Below are positions 39,419 to 49,431 of a stretch of DNA of 49,431 bases, in pieces. The position numbers and the translations under genes are program-made. The number at the start of each line of letters is the position of its first letter. Position 1 is the stretch's first letter. Below the pieces are notes generated by a model, which did not search any database, was not told the DNA's origin, and saw only the letters and a list, made by a program, of their open reading frames with translations. This DNA comes from Chromera velia. Lineage: Eukaryota. The stretch covers positions 1 to 49,431 of the forward strand of contig JAHBMJ010000363.1 in the NCBI GenBank assembly GCA_018398765.1, given 5' to 3'.

Positions 39419-40257
39419 ATGGCACACATACACCGAACAAAAGCAAACGAAAACAGATTACAGCTCATTTTATTTGAAAAGGCGTCAGAAGAAAGACCAA
39501 AAGAGGGAATAAAAATAGAGAAAGAAAAACTGGGACGGGTGTCCTTTTCTTATAGAAGGGTAGCACTAATAGGAGAACACAGAAGGAAAGCAGCCTGTAG
39601 AGTAGGAGATAGGACGTTAGCGGGAAGAAAGGGAAAAGTGCCAGAAAGAGGAGGGCAGAGAGTGCCGTTGGAGGAGAGACTCTGCCCTTATTGCAAAGGA
39701 TGGATAGAAACAGAGGTGTTGGAGAACAAGATCCATATGCTGACTGAGTGTCCGATTTATGACAGAGAAAGAACGCACATGTATAGAACATTAGGAGCAG
39801 ACTGGAACAAGGGAAGAGAAAAGAGAGCAAGAGAAGTTTGCAGAGAGAATTCAAAAGAGAAGGACAAAGAGGAAGACTGCACACTGAGGCTCTGTTCAAA
39901 TTCTTGATGAACGAAGGGCATAGTGTGGTGGATAAGTTTCTGGGGAGGGCAGCGTTCAGAAGAAGAGTGTTCAAGGAAAACCAAGGGAGGTATGCACCTG
40001 GAAGCTTGTTAGATAAAACAGTGCTGGCACAGAGATACAGAGTGATCACAAAAAGAAAAGAAGGAACGGAAAGAAGAAAAGAAGAATACAAGACCATCCT
40101 CGAAGCAATGGAAGCAGGAAGACAGCTGAGGGAGGGAGAAGGAGAAATCGCTGAGAGAAGAATGGAGAGAGGGCGTGCACAAAGCCAAAGTGTCCTTTCA
40201 TCCTGTGTCATTGGATCAATTTTTGGAGCAGTCCCTTCTGAGCAGCCCATAGACTAA
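39419..40257 (+). mobile_element. 5'-truncated non-LTR retrotransposon (LINE) remnant, ORF2 C-terminal CCHC region
   Basis: EERLCPYCKGWIETEVLENKIHMLTECPIYDRER matches the R.C..C...E...H.L..CP.Y...R motif at the C-terminus of many LINE ORF2 proteins. Frameshift into ORF 39838-40257; no RT core visible. Confidence 0.7.
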
Positions 40258-40715
40258 AGTATACAAAGCGCAGATAGATTGTTGTTTGTTAGCGGCCTGG
40301 GAAACCAGGTGGGCCATGGGGTGTGGTCTGAGCCTCAGCGATGAGGTACACCCCCCTGCCATTTGCGGGGGCGACCTTTATAAGACAAAACGGCGACAGT
40401 GCTCTAGGGCACCACTAATCACTAATCACTCCCTGTACACAACAAAGGCCAAAACATTATTAAATTCTGATTTTAATTTAGATTCCAGATTCCAAAACCT
40501 AAATTCGATCAGCATTTAAAATTCAAAACATTTTATACTAGAGAGTTTACATGTACTCTAACACACGTCACAATTAACACTACAAAACTGAGTAAAATTT
40601 TTCAGAGAATCAATTGACAGAGATTTAGCAAAGAATTTAGTGAAATTCAACGGAATTTAGAACCAATGATCGAATCAAAATTACATTAATTTACTCATGA
40701 AATTTAAAGGATTTT

Positions 40716-41408
40716 GGTGGGGAAGGAGGGAGCCGCACAAGAAGATTGATAAAGTAAACAAGAAGAGCGAGGAAGCCCAAATCATATACCGTTTCAGATC
40801 GATTTTCAGGCCGGAAAGCCAACGCGGATCTAGAGCCGTGGCTTGAACAACGAACAATCATGCAGCAGCGCCGCAGCGGCCAGGGCAACAGACTCTGGCG
40901 GGCCCCGAGGGCGGGGTCTGATACCTCAGCTTAGGCTGGGGAACGCCCCGCCCTGCTAGCCGCCCTGCTAGCTCTGGCGATCGAGAGACTAACAAAAGAA
41001 TATGAGGAGACAATTGATAACTTAGAGACGAGCGAAGGAGCGTTAGGGTGAGGAAGGAGGGAGCCGCACAAGAAGATTGATAAAGCAAACAAAAAGAGTG
41101 AGGAAGCCTAAATCATATACCGTTTCAGATCGATTTTCAGGCCGAAAAGCCAACGCGGATCCAGAGCTGTGGCTCGAACAACGAACAATCATGCAGCAGC
41201 GGCCAGGGTAACAGACTCTGGCGGGCCCCGAGGGTGGGGTCCGATACCTCAGCTTAGGCTGGGGAACGCCCCGCCCTGCTAGCTCTGGCGACAGATAGAC
41301 ATAGCGGGAAGGCCCTAGGGTGGAACATATCAATCAGTCAATCAATCAATCAGACATAGCGGGAAGGCCCTAGGGCGGAACATATCAATCAATCAATCAA
41401 TCAATCAA
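40716..41408. repeat. Two ~260-bp direct repeats (period 331) followed by a 55-bp duplication ending in (ATCA)n
   Basis: 40716-40980 matches 41047-41291. AGACATAGCGGGAAGGCCCTAGGGYGGAACATATCAATC occurs at 41297 and 41352. Confidence 0.9.
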
Positions 41409-41584
41409 TGGTGGAATTTACTGTAGGAGCTACACATCTAGATCGAGTCCAATCCTAGGTCCAATCTAGATTCCAATAAATTTTACAACATTTTGAGGCC
41501 TATTTCTCACGATCTAGAGAGATCGAGTCGCGGATCAGGATCTCAAATTGGCTGTGCTTATACATCCAATAATTTAGTGGATAC

Positions 41585-41612
41585 GCACACACATACACGC
41601 ACACACACACAG

Positions 41613-41652
<40 letters not shown>

Positions 41653-41844
41653 ACACACACACAGTGACACACACGCACAGTGACACACACGCACAGTGAC
41701 ACACACGCACAGTGACACACACGCAGTGACACACACACACACACAGTGACACACACACACAGTGACACACACGCACAGTGACACACACGCAGTGACACAC
41801 ACACACACAGTGACACACACACACAGTGACACACACGCACAGTG

Positions 41845-41879
<35 letters not shown>

Positions 41880-41906
41880 CACACCACACACACAGTGACA
41901 CACACC

Positions 41907-41947
<41 letters not shown>

Positions 41948-42021
41948 GCACACAAAGTCACACACACACACACACACATACACACACACACACGCACGCA
42001 CACACACGCACATACACACAC

Positions 42022-42053
<32 letters not shown>
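41585..42053. repeat. (CA)n microsatellite with CAGTGA(CA)n minisatellite units and a (GA)n tail
   Basis: Directly visible. Confidence 0.95.
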
Positions 42054-42519
42054 CATATTTCAAAACTTATCTGCGCTTATACCCGCATATTGTACATGCG
42101 ACTGGTCATCCGTATGTTCGATATGATCAGGAACAACCTCGGGGGGGCCCTCTACAGATCCATTAATTGAAGTTTGAAGCTACCCCCCTCAAATCTCATC
42201 CCCAGCGCCACGTCCCCAAGTCTCCGCCCCCACCAATCCGAGCGCGGAAACGGGTCGTGTTTCATTCCCCAAACTTTTCATTTTTGTCTCAGCTTTGATC
42301 CGAACTCCATCGTTACAAGTCTGCAACAGCCTCCCCTCCCCCCCCTCCCCCCTGCCCTGCCTGTTTTCATAAAGTCTGCACAAGAGGCCGGAAACCAGAA
42401 AGGAAGGAAAGACCAAAGACCGCCAGAGCCCCAACCCACTGAAGTGATCAACCATCTCAATCTCTATTCGATCAATCCCCTTGCCCCCCCGAAAATCTGT
42501 TTGCTGGGACCCGCGAGCC

Positions 42520-43211
42520 CTACTTATGCGGTGTGGGTGCAGCAGGAAGGTTATGCCCCGGCAGGAGACGCTCAACAGCCGCGTTATCTCCGATATTCCA
42601 CAGCAGCTGCGTGAGCCACTTCTTTGTGGCCGTGTCATCCCTCAATGCTGCGTTGAAAGCGTTCGCATCCCTCCCGTCTGCGTGCTGTGGGTGCACCCTG
42701 AAGGCAGCAGGGAGACACTGCCGCAGAGCCTCCCGCGCCCTCGCGTTGTCGGACAGACGGAGGTAACACCTCACAACGTGCTTCAGAAGACGTCCAGACG
42801 GGTGGTCCAAAATGCTACTCACCTGCAAACGTTCATACGTGATACACACGCACGCACATACACAAACTAGGAGAATTTGAGACAGCGGACAGCGATCACA
42901 CACACGGACCCACTCGGCCCAGTCTCAAGGAAAGGGCACAATTATGGCAGAAAAGACACGAGGAAAATAATCATTGACGTTCTCACAATTTTGCCCTCTG
43001 CCCTTCCGGTCGGGCCTACGGAGACACACCGACGCATTCAGAGCCCCTCCCACCTTCGGTCGCGAGGGAGATGGTGGGGGTGAAAGGGAAGAGAAAGGCG
43101 GGAGGGAAGCAGGAAAGAGGGACCGAAAAAAACCCACTCAATCCCGAGGGGACACCAGCAAGTTTCCGGCTCGACATGAGTTCAGCTAAGCGAAGGAAAC
43201 GAACGATCCAC

Positions 43212-43242
<31 letters not shown>

Positions 43243-44271
43243 AAGTAAGCGCAGACGAGCACAACTAGAGAAACGCTTTGACGGATGCGGGCCGCGGGGT
43301 GGGAGGACATGCGTTGAAAATGAAAGGCAAAGCATCTACTGAGGGGAAGCGAAGAACACAGAAACATGGACGGGGAAAAGACACTACCGCCAGGCAGCCT
43401 CTGGCTGTCATTATGGATGGTCAGAAAAAAGGCGGCCATCTTGGAAAAAGACACATGAATATTCCGCGCACTTCGGCGCCAATACTGGCTGTCCTGTCGA
43501 TGCGCATTCTCATGGACACATCACGCTCCCAGTCCCCTCTGACTGACTGACCATATTGCTGAGGATGGTGCTGACTGCGTAGAACCTCTCAGCAGTTGCA
43601 CAGATGTACGCGAGGCCTAAATCGTCTACCAGGATCTTCTGAACGATAAATGTGGCGACCGTTTTGGAGAGCTCACTTCCCGTCTCCATTATTCTCAGGC
43701 ACAGTGGGATGATTTCTGTCTGGAGGAGGAAGTTGATCACCTCCGGGTCGTCTACCTTGACTAATGCACCTATAACGCCCAGAGACGTCAGACGCAAGTA
43801 CTCAAACGGTCTGTTCTTTGAGACTGTGTTCAGAAAAGGGTAAAGGAACAGCGGGATGTGTGCGTTCAGAAAGTACTGCCTGGTGTCCGTGTGGGAGGCG
43901 ACACACTGGAGCAGTGCGAGAGAGTTGCACACTCTGTTGCTGCCCTGGGGCGAGAGGGTGGGGGGGGAAAGGTGGGGGTAGATGGAGACAATCTCCTGTA
44001 AGAGGGCCGCAATCGTTCCGAACGAGTGCCACAGAATGGGTGCAAGATCCGCAAAGGTCTCTCTTCTTTTTGACAATTCAAGAAGGGCCGCCTCCCTCTT
44101 GTCGGAGACGGTGAGGTCAAGAATGAGACCGTAGACCTTCGCGCACTCTTCGGGAGAGACCGGGGGCTGCTGCTGTGATGCCTGCTGCCCGACTGCCTGA
44201 GAGCCCTGTGCGGCGCCTGGCGGAGGTGCCTGCTGAGCCTGCTGGAGCCCCTGCTGTACGTTGGAGGACAT
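42520..44271 (-). CDS. CNOT9: CCR4-NOT complex subunit 9 / cell differentiation protein RCD1 (Caf40), 340 aa, 2 exons
   Basis: Exons 44271-43552 and 42822-42520. Motifs [97 protein letters not shown]. Confidence 0.98.
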
Positions 44272-44687
44272 TTGAAACAGCTAGAAGAAATCGGTGGAAG
44301 GGTCAGGGCCACTCAACTTGCAATTAAAGCGCCCTCTCTGTTTCAGCGCGCTTGGGAATATACCCTCTCCTTGTGTTTGATTTCACTTCTTCTTGAACGA
44401 AGGCGGAAGCCTCAGAGTCTCTTTGGGTGGCTCAGAAGAACCGCTTCACAGAAAAGCGAACAGAGGAGACAGGTGCATCACATGGAAAATTGGAGGAGGA
44501 CCTGGACTGAAACTCGAATATTCACTGGTCCAGCTTTGGGTCCTCAGTGAAATCACTCAGGACGGCATGCTACGCTTGAGTATGTCAGAGTGGATGTGAT
44601 CGAGTAGACTGCTTTCTCACCATTGCTCATTTGCTCTGACAAGAATCCCACAACAAATTTCGAACTCACAGCTGGGAGATTTTTAGC

Positions 44688-44825
44688 TCGGCCGCCGGGC
44701 AGGACTCGCGGGCTGGACCGCGGGGTCCGCGACGCACGCACGGTCCCGCGCGCGCTTCCCGGCCGCGCGCGGGGACTAGCTCGCATGTGTTGCAGAGTGT
44801 TGCAGAGCGGTGTTGCATGCAACAC
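44688..44825. promoter_or_regulatory. GC-rich core and TGCATGCA-containing palindrome in the divergent CNOT9/methyltransferase interval
   Basis: CpG-rich segment 44688-44775. GTGTTGCAGA occurs twice, followed by the perfect 16-bp palindrome GTGTTGCATGCAACAC (44810-44825). Confidence 0.5.
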
Positions 44826-45305
44826 GCCTACACAAGGTGACAAGGCATTGAATGTTCAAGTTTCTTTTGCATGACGTACAGCCGTTACGCACGACAACAC
44901 ATTGTTAATACAACACAAAATCTTAGTGTTCAAAAACTGCATTACAACACAGATCTTTCAAGCAACGCCCCTTCCCTCCCAATGCCTCCACCTTCAATTT
45001 TCCAAGTCTGCAAAGACTCAGTCCTTTCAGCTCTTCTCTCATTGAGTCTCGAATGAGAGCCTTTGAGTGGGACTTTGAAAATTGAATGAGAACCAGCTTT
45101 GGGAGGAAGGTGTAAACGTTGCAGGTAGAATTTGCCGCCGCAGAGAAGACTCTGCAGCCCTGGTCCTCGATATCCTTGAAGCGACGTGAGGCACAACAGT
45201 GAAATCCCTGACGTCGGCAATTGTTCTATGTGGGCGCAGACGGGCGCAGAAGACCGGAGCTGAGACGGGAAGAAAAAAGAAGAAAGTTCAAAAAGGCAAT
45301 TCAAG

Positions 45306-46125
45306 ATGGACGACTGGGACAATTTGGCTGCCGGGTGGGATGAAAAGCCTGGGGTGAAAGAGTATGCAAAGGCTGCGTTTGATACCCTGCAGACAGTGTG
45401 CACAGAATTGAAGTTTGAACTGGACCCATCCAACACTGAAGTTCTTGACTTTGGCTGTGGCAGTGGGCTGCTTTCGTCTCTTCTGTCTCCCCTTGTCAAC
45501 GAAATTACAGCAGTCGATGCGTCAGCAGAAATGGTTCGCGTAGTCGAGAGGAAAGGGCTGAAGAATGTCAATGCACGCTGTCTTGTTCTGTCGGAGGAAA
45601 CGGCTTCCTCTCTGGATCCAGTGGACCTCGTTGTCTGCAGCTCTGTCCTCGCATTCGTCCCAGACCCTGCAGGAACTTTGGGAATCTTGGGGAAGAAACT
45701 GAAGGAGACTGGTGAGCTGATACATGCAGTCGGATTGGGCGGAGGGGTGTAAACCGTTTCCCTCCATCCATTTTTGCCATCCTTCATGCACACAGCCTTA
45801 ATTTCAACTTCTTTGGGCATTCCTGTGCATGCCTTCTTTAAGCTTTTGCAAGTGTCCCTAGTTCGGCTCAATATGTACACTCATTCACATGTTTCATGCA
45901 CACAAGTACATTCTTAATTTGCTTTTTTGGTATGTTTCCTCAGGTTTGTTGATCCAGTGGGACTGGGAATGCGAAAAGGACGATGAGCCTTTCGGTTTCA
46001 CCCAGTCGAAAATTGAAGACAACCTGAAGAAGGCAGAACTGGAAATCTTGAGGCTGGAACGGCCTTTTTCTATTGAGGGAATGAAACCCCTAATGGCTGT
46101 AGCCAGGAGGAAAAGAGAAACTTAG
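45306..46125 (+). CDS. Class I SAM-dependent methyltransferase, 195 aa, 2 exons
   Basis: Exons 45306-45711 and 45944-46125 (GT-AG, phase 1). Motif I VLDFGCGSG, then AVDAS, VDLVVCSSV and LKETGGLLIQWDW. Confidence 0.9.
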
Positions 46126-46529
46126 TCTCAAAATTCAAGGGGGGGGGTTGGAGTCAGGGAGAATAAAGAGAGACAACTGTCGACACAAAGGGCAAAGACG
46201 GACACCTGCATGCATTGTCAGTCGTCTTCCTTAGCTGAAGCAACGTTGGAAAATCATTCTGGAGTTCCTCTTGAGCATTGAAGAATCTGCAGTGGGTGTT
46301 TGAATGGATGCATGTGACTTTCTCTTTGTGCATCTGTCTGTCTTTCTTTTTGTCTGCGTGCTGTCTCAATGGCCTGGTCGTCGCTCATTTGACGAATAAA
46401 CAGGAGCGATGCCTTAACGGGACCCCCATATTCTCATTAGAGGCAAGTTTGTTTTGCGTGGACACTGTCAGGACTAGCTCTAGGACGTCGCGACGGGCGC
46501 GCGGATAGATCTTCCGTCGGACTCCGCCC

Positions 46530-46748
46530 GTCTGTCTGTCAGTCTGTCTGTCTGTCTTCTACAAAGAGCACACCAGAAGAAAAAAGAAAAAGCGAGAGGA
46601 CACTAAGTGAAAGTCGCAGTCCCTCATTTAGTTCGTCGAGGCGTCTGCCTGTCAGTCTGTCTGTGCCCATGAAAGAAGGCGATAAAACAGAAAAAAATAT
46701 TGTCTGTCTGTCTGTCTGAAGAAAAGGAGGGAGAAGAAGAAACATATA

Positions 46749-46788
<40 letters not shown>

Positions 46789-46824
46789 GAAGAAAAGACG
46801 ATGTAGTCTGTCTGTCTGTAGATA

Positions 46825-46861
<37 letters not shown>

Positions 46862-46903
46862 AAGTCTGTCTGTCTGTCTGTCTGTCTGTCTGTAACTCTG
46901 TAA

Positions 46904-46937
<34 letters not shown>

Positions 46938-47126
46938 TGCTTGTGCTTCTAGCGGCATTCCCCACCCAGCTTCCGCGTGTCTATGTGTGTGTGTTTGTGC
47001 GTTTGTATGTGAGAGAGAGAGAGAGGAAGAGGGAGAGAGAGAGAGAATAACAAAAGTAATGCCAACATGTGGTTCTGCTTCTGGTGACCAGCATGTCTTC
47101 GTGAACGTGTGTTTGTGTGTTTGTGT

Positions 47127-47200
<74 letters not shown>

Positions 47201-47934
47201 ATGACCAGGAGCACAAAAAACCGCTCCCTTCAGAACAGGAATCCTGAGAGAAAGAGAAGAGGTTCTGGAGAAGATTTTCGGCCCCACTAGCACCGTTGCT
47301 CTTTCGGTATGGGACATTGAGAGTTCCGTTGCCGCCGAAAGAGTCCCCCCGCAAGATACGAAGACACAGCATTAGAAGAATCCCCCTCCACAGGGGCGCC
47401 CCCCCACCCCCCCTCCCCTGACAGTGTCTAAAGTAGTCTAAAGAGCATGACGGTGCCGGTTCCCACGTGCAGTTTTTCTTTCTTTCTTTCTTTTTTTCTT
47501 TGTTGTCCTTTCTTGTCTTGAGTGGAAGCAGCAGGACAGTACTGTATGACGACTAAGTGATCACGTGAAGTCCTGTCGGGAGGTGGAGAGGCAAGGGGCG
47601 CTTAACTCTCACCTTTCGGGCACCCTGCCCACTTTGTCTGAGTTGGCGCGATGTTCTTTTGTCTTTGTTGCTTTTTTTCTTTTTCTCTGTTGTGTTCATG
47701 AAGAAAAGGAGGGAAAGAAACTATGATTGGTCTGTCTGTCTGTCGGGAGGTGGAGAGACAAGGGGCGCTTAACTCTCACCTTTCGGGCCCCCTGCCCACG
47801 CGGTTTGATTGTTGGTTCTATTCTTTTGTCTTTGTCTCTATGTACATGAAGAAAAGAAGAAAGAAGAAGAAACATATGGTCGGTCTGTCTGTCTGTCTGT
47901 CTGTCTGTCTGTGTGTCTGTCTGTCCGTCTGTCA

Positions 47935-47974
<40 letters not shown>

Positions 47975-48005
47975 GAAGAAAAGGAGGGAGAAGAAGAAAC
48001 ATATA

Positions 48006-48047
<42 letters not shown>

Positions 48048-48432
48048 TTCGGGCCCCCTGCCCACGCTGTTTGATTGTTGGTGCTGTTCTTTTGTCTTTG
48101 TTCTTTCTTTCTTTTTGTCTGTGGTGTTCATGAAGAAAAAGAGGGAGAAGAAGAAGAAACATATAGTCTGTCTGTCTGAAGAAAAGACGATGTAGTCTGT
48201 CTGTCTGTAGATATTGTCTGTCTGTCTGTCTGTCTGTGTGTCTGTGTGAAGAAAAGACGATATAGTCTGTCTGTCTGTCTGTCTGTCTGGTGTTCGTGAA
48301 GAAGAGGAGGGAAAGAGACCATATAGTCTGTCTGTCTGTCTGTCTGTCTGTCTGTTCTTTCTTTCTTTCTTTCTTTCTTTCTTTTTGTCTGTTTTGTTCG
48401 TGAAGAAAAGGAGGCAGAAGAAGAAACACATA

Positions 48433-48466
<34 letters not shown>

Positions 48467-48468
48467 CA

Positions 48469-48500
<32 letters not shown>

Positions 48501-48734
48501 GAAGAAAAGGAGGGAGAAGAAGAAACATATAGTCTGTCTGTCTGTTTGTCTGTCTGTTTCGGGCCCCCTGCCCACGCTGTTTGATTGTTGGTGCTGTTCT
48601 TTTGTCTTTGTTCTTTCCTTCTTTTTGTCTGTGGTGTTCATGAAGAAAAAGAGGGAGAAGAAGAAGAAACATATAGTCTGTCTGTCTGTCTGTCTGTCTG
48701 TGTGTGTGTATGTGTGTGAAGAAAAGACGATATA

Positions 48735-48770
<36 letters not shown>

Positions 48771-48807
48771 TGTGTTCGTGAAGAAGAGGAGGGAAAGAGA
48801 CCATATA

Positions 48808-48841
<34 letters not shown>

Positions 48842-48996
48842 TCTTTCTTTCTTTCTTCCTTTGTTTCTTTCTTTCTTTTTGTCTGTTTTGTTCGTGAAGA
48901 AAAGGAGGCAGAAGAAGAAACACGTAGTCTGTCTGTCTGTCTGTCTGTCTGTCTGTGTGAAAAAAAGACGATATAGTCTGTCTATCTGTCTGTCTA

Positions 48997-49027
<31 letters not shown>

Positions 49028-49431
49028 GTTTGACTGTCTGTCTGTTGCTTCTGCTTCTAGCGGCATTCCCCACCCAGCTTCCGCGCATAACCAAGAGCAC
49101 AAAAAACCGCTCCCTTCAGAACAGGAATCCTGAGAGAAAGAGAAGAGGTTCTGGAGAAGATTTTCGGCCCCACTAGCACCGTCGCTCTTTCGGTATAGGA
49201 CATTGAGAGTTCCGTTGCCGCCGAAAGAGTCCCCCCGCAAGATGTGAAGACACAGCATTAGAAGAATCCCCCTCCACAAGGGCGCCCCCCCACCCCCCCT
49301 CCCCTGACAGTGTCTAAAGTAGTCTAAAGAGCATGACGGTGCCGGTTCCCACGTGCAGTTTTTCTTTCTTTCTTTCTTTTTTTCTTTGTTGTCCTTTCTT
49401 GTCTTGAGTGGAAGCAGCAGGACAGTACTGT
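46530..49431. repeat. Complex (TCTG)n satellite with interspersed purine-rich units and a ~390-bp segmental duplication
   Basis: Recurrent GAAGAAAAGRAGGGAGAAGAAGAAACATATAG+(TCTG)n. 46934-47546 is duplicated at 49043-49431; the first copy has ~220 bp of extra TG-rich sequence. Internal ~510-bp repeat 48045/48555. Confidence 0.9.

Noticed and set aside
46530..49040. Repeat-spacer appearance suggestive of CRISPR
   Set aside because: The 'spacers' are (TCTG)n rather than unique sequence, spacing is irregular, the context is eukaryotic and there are no cas genes.

Overview
Eukaryotic, intron-rich, microsatellite-laden genomic DNA. It most resembles a chromerid alveolate such as Chromera velia; this is inferred from the TGCATGCA motifs, the (TCTG)n/(TG)n intronic repeats and the gene style, and is not proven. 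Five genes could be spliced by hand with consistent phases: the 3' part of an uncharacterised Pro-rich protein, RPS4, a PARP-like + double B-box + coiled-coil protein, CNOT9/RCD1, and a bacterial-looking SAM methyltransferase. The most notable structure is an 11.4-kb nested transposon stack at 27469-38875. A CCC...GGG TIR element carries an 8-bp-TSD MITE and an old LTR element with non-canonical AG...CT termini. That LTR element in turn contains a nearly full-length Copia, which has an apparent programmed -1 gag-pol frameshift and a Tudor-like motif after the integrase. LTR comparisons show strongly CpG-biased transitions, suggesting TE methylation. Also present are a foldback MITE, a LINE 3' remnant, several tandem duplications and a complex (TCTG)n satellite. 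All alignments and counts were done by eye.
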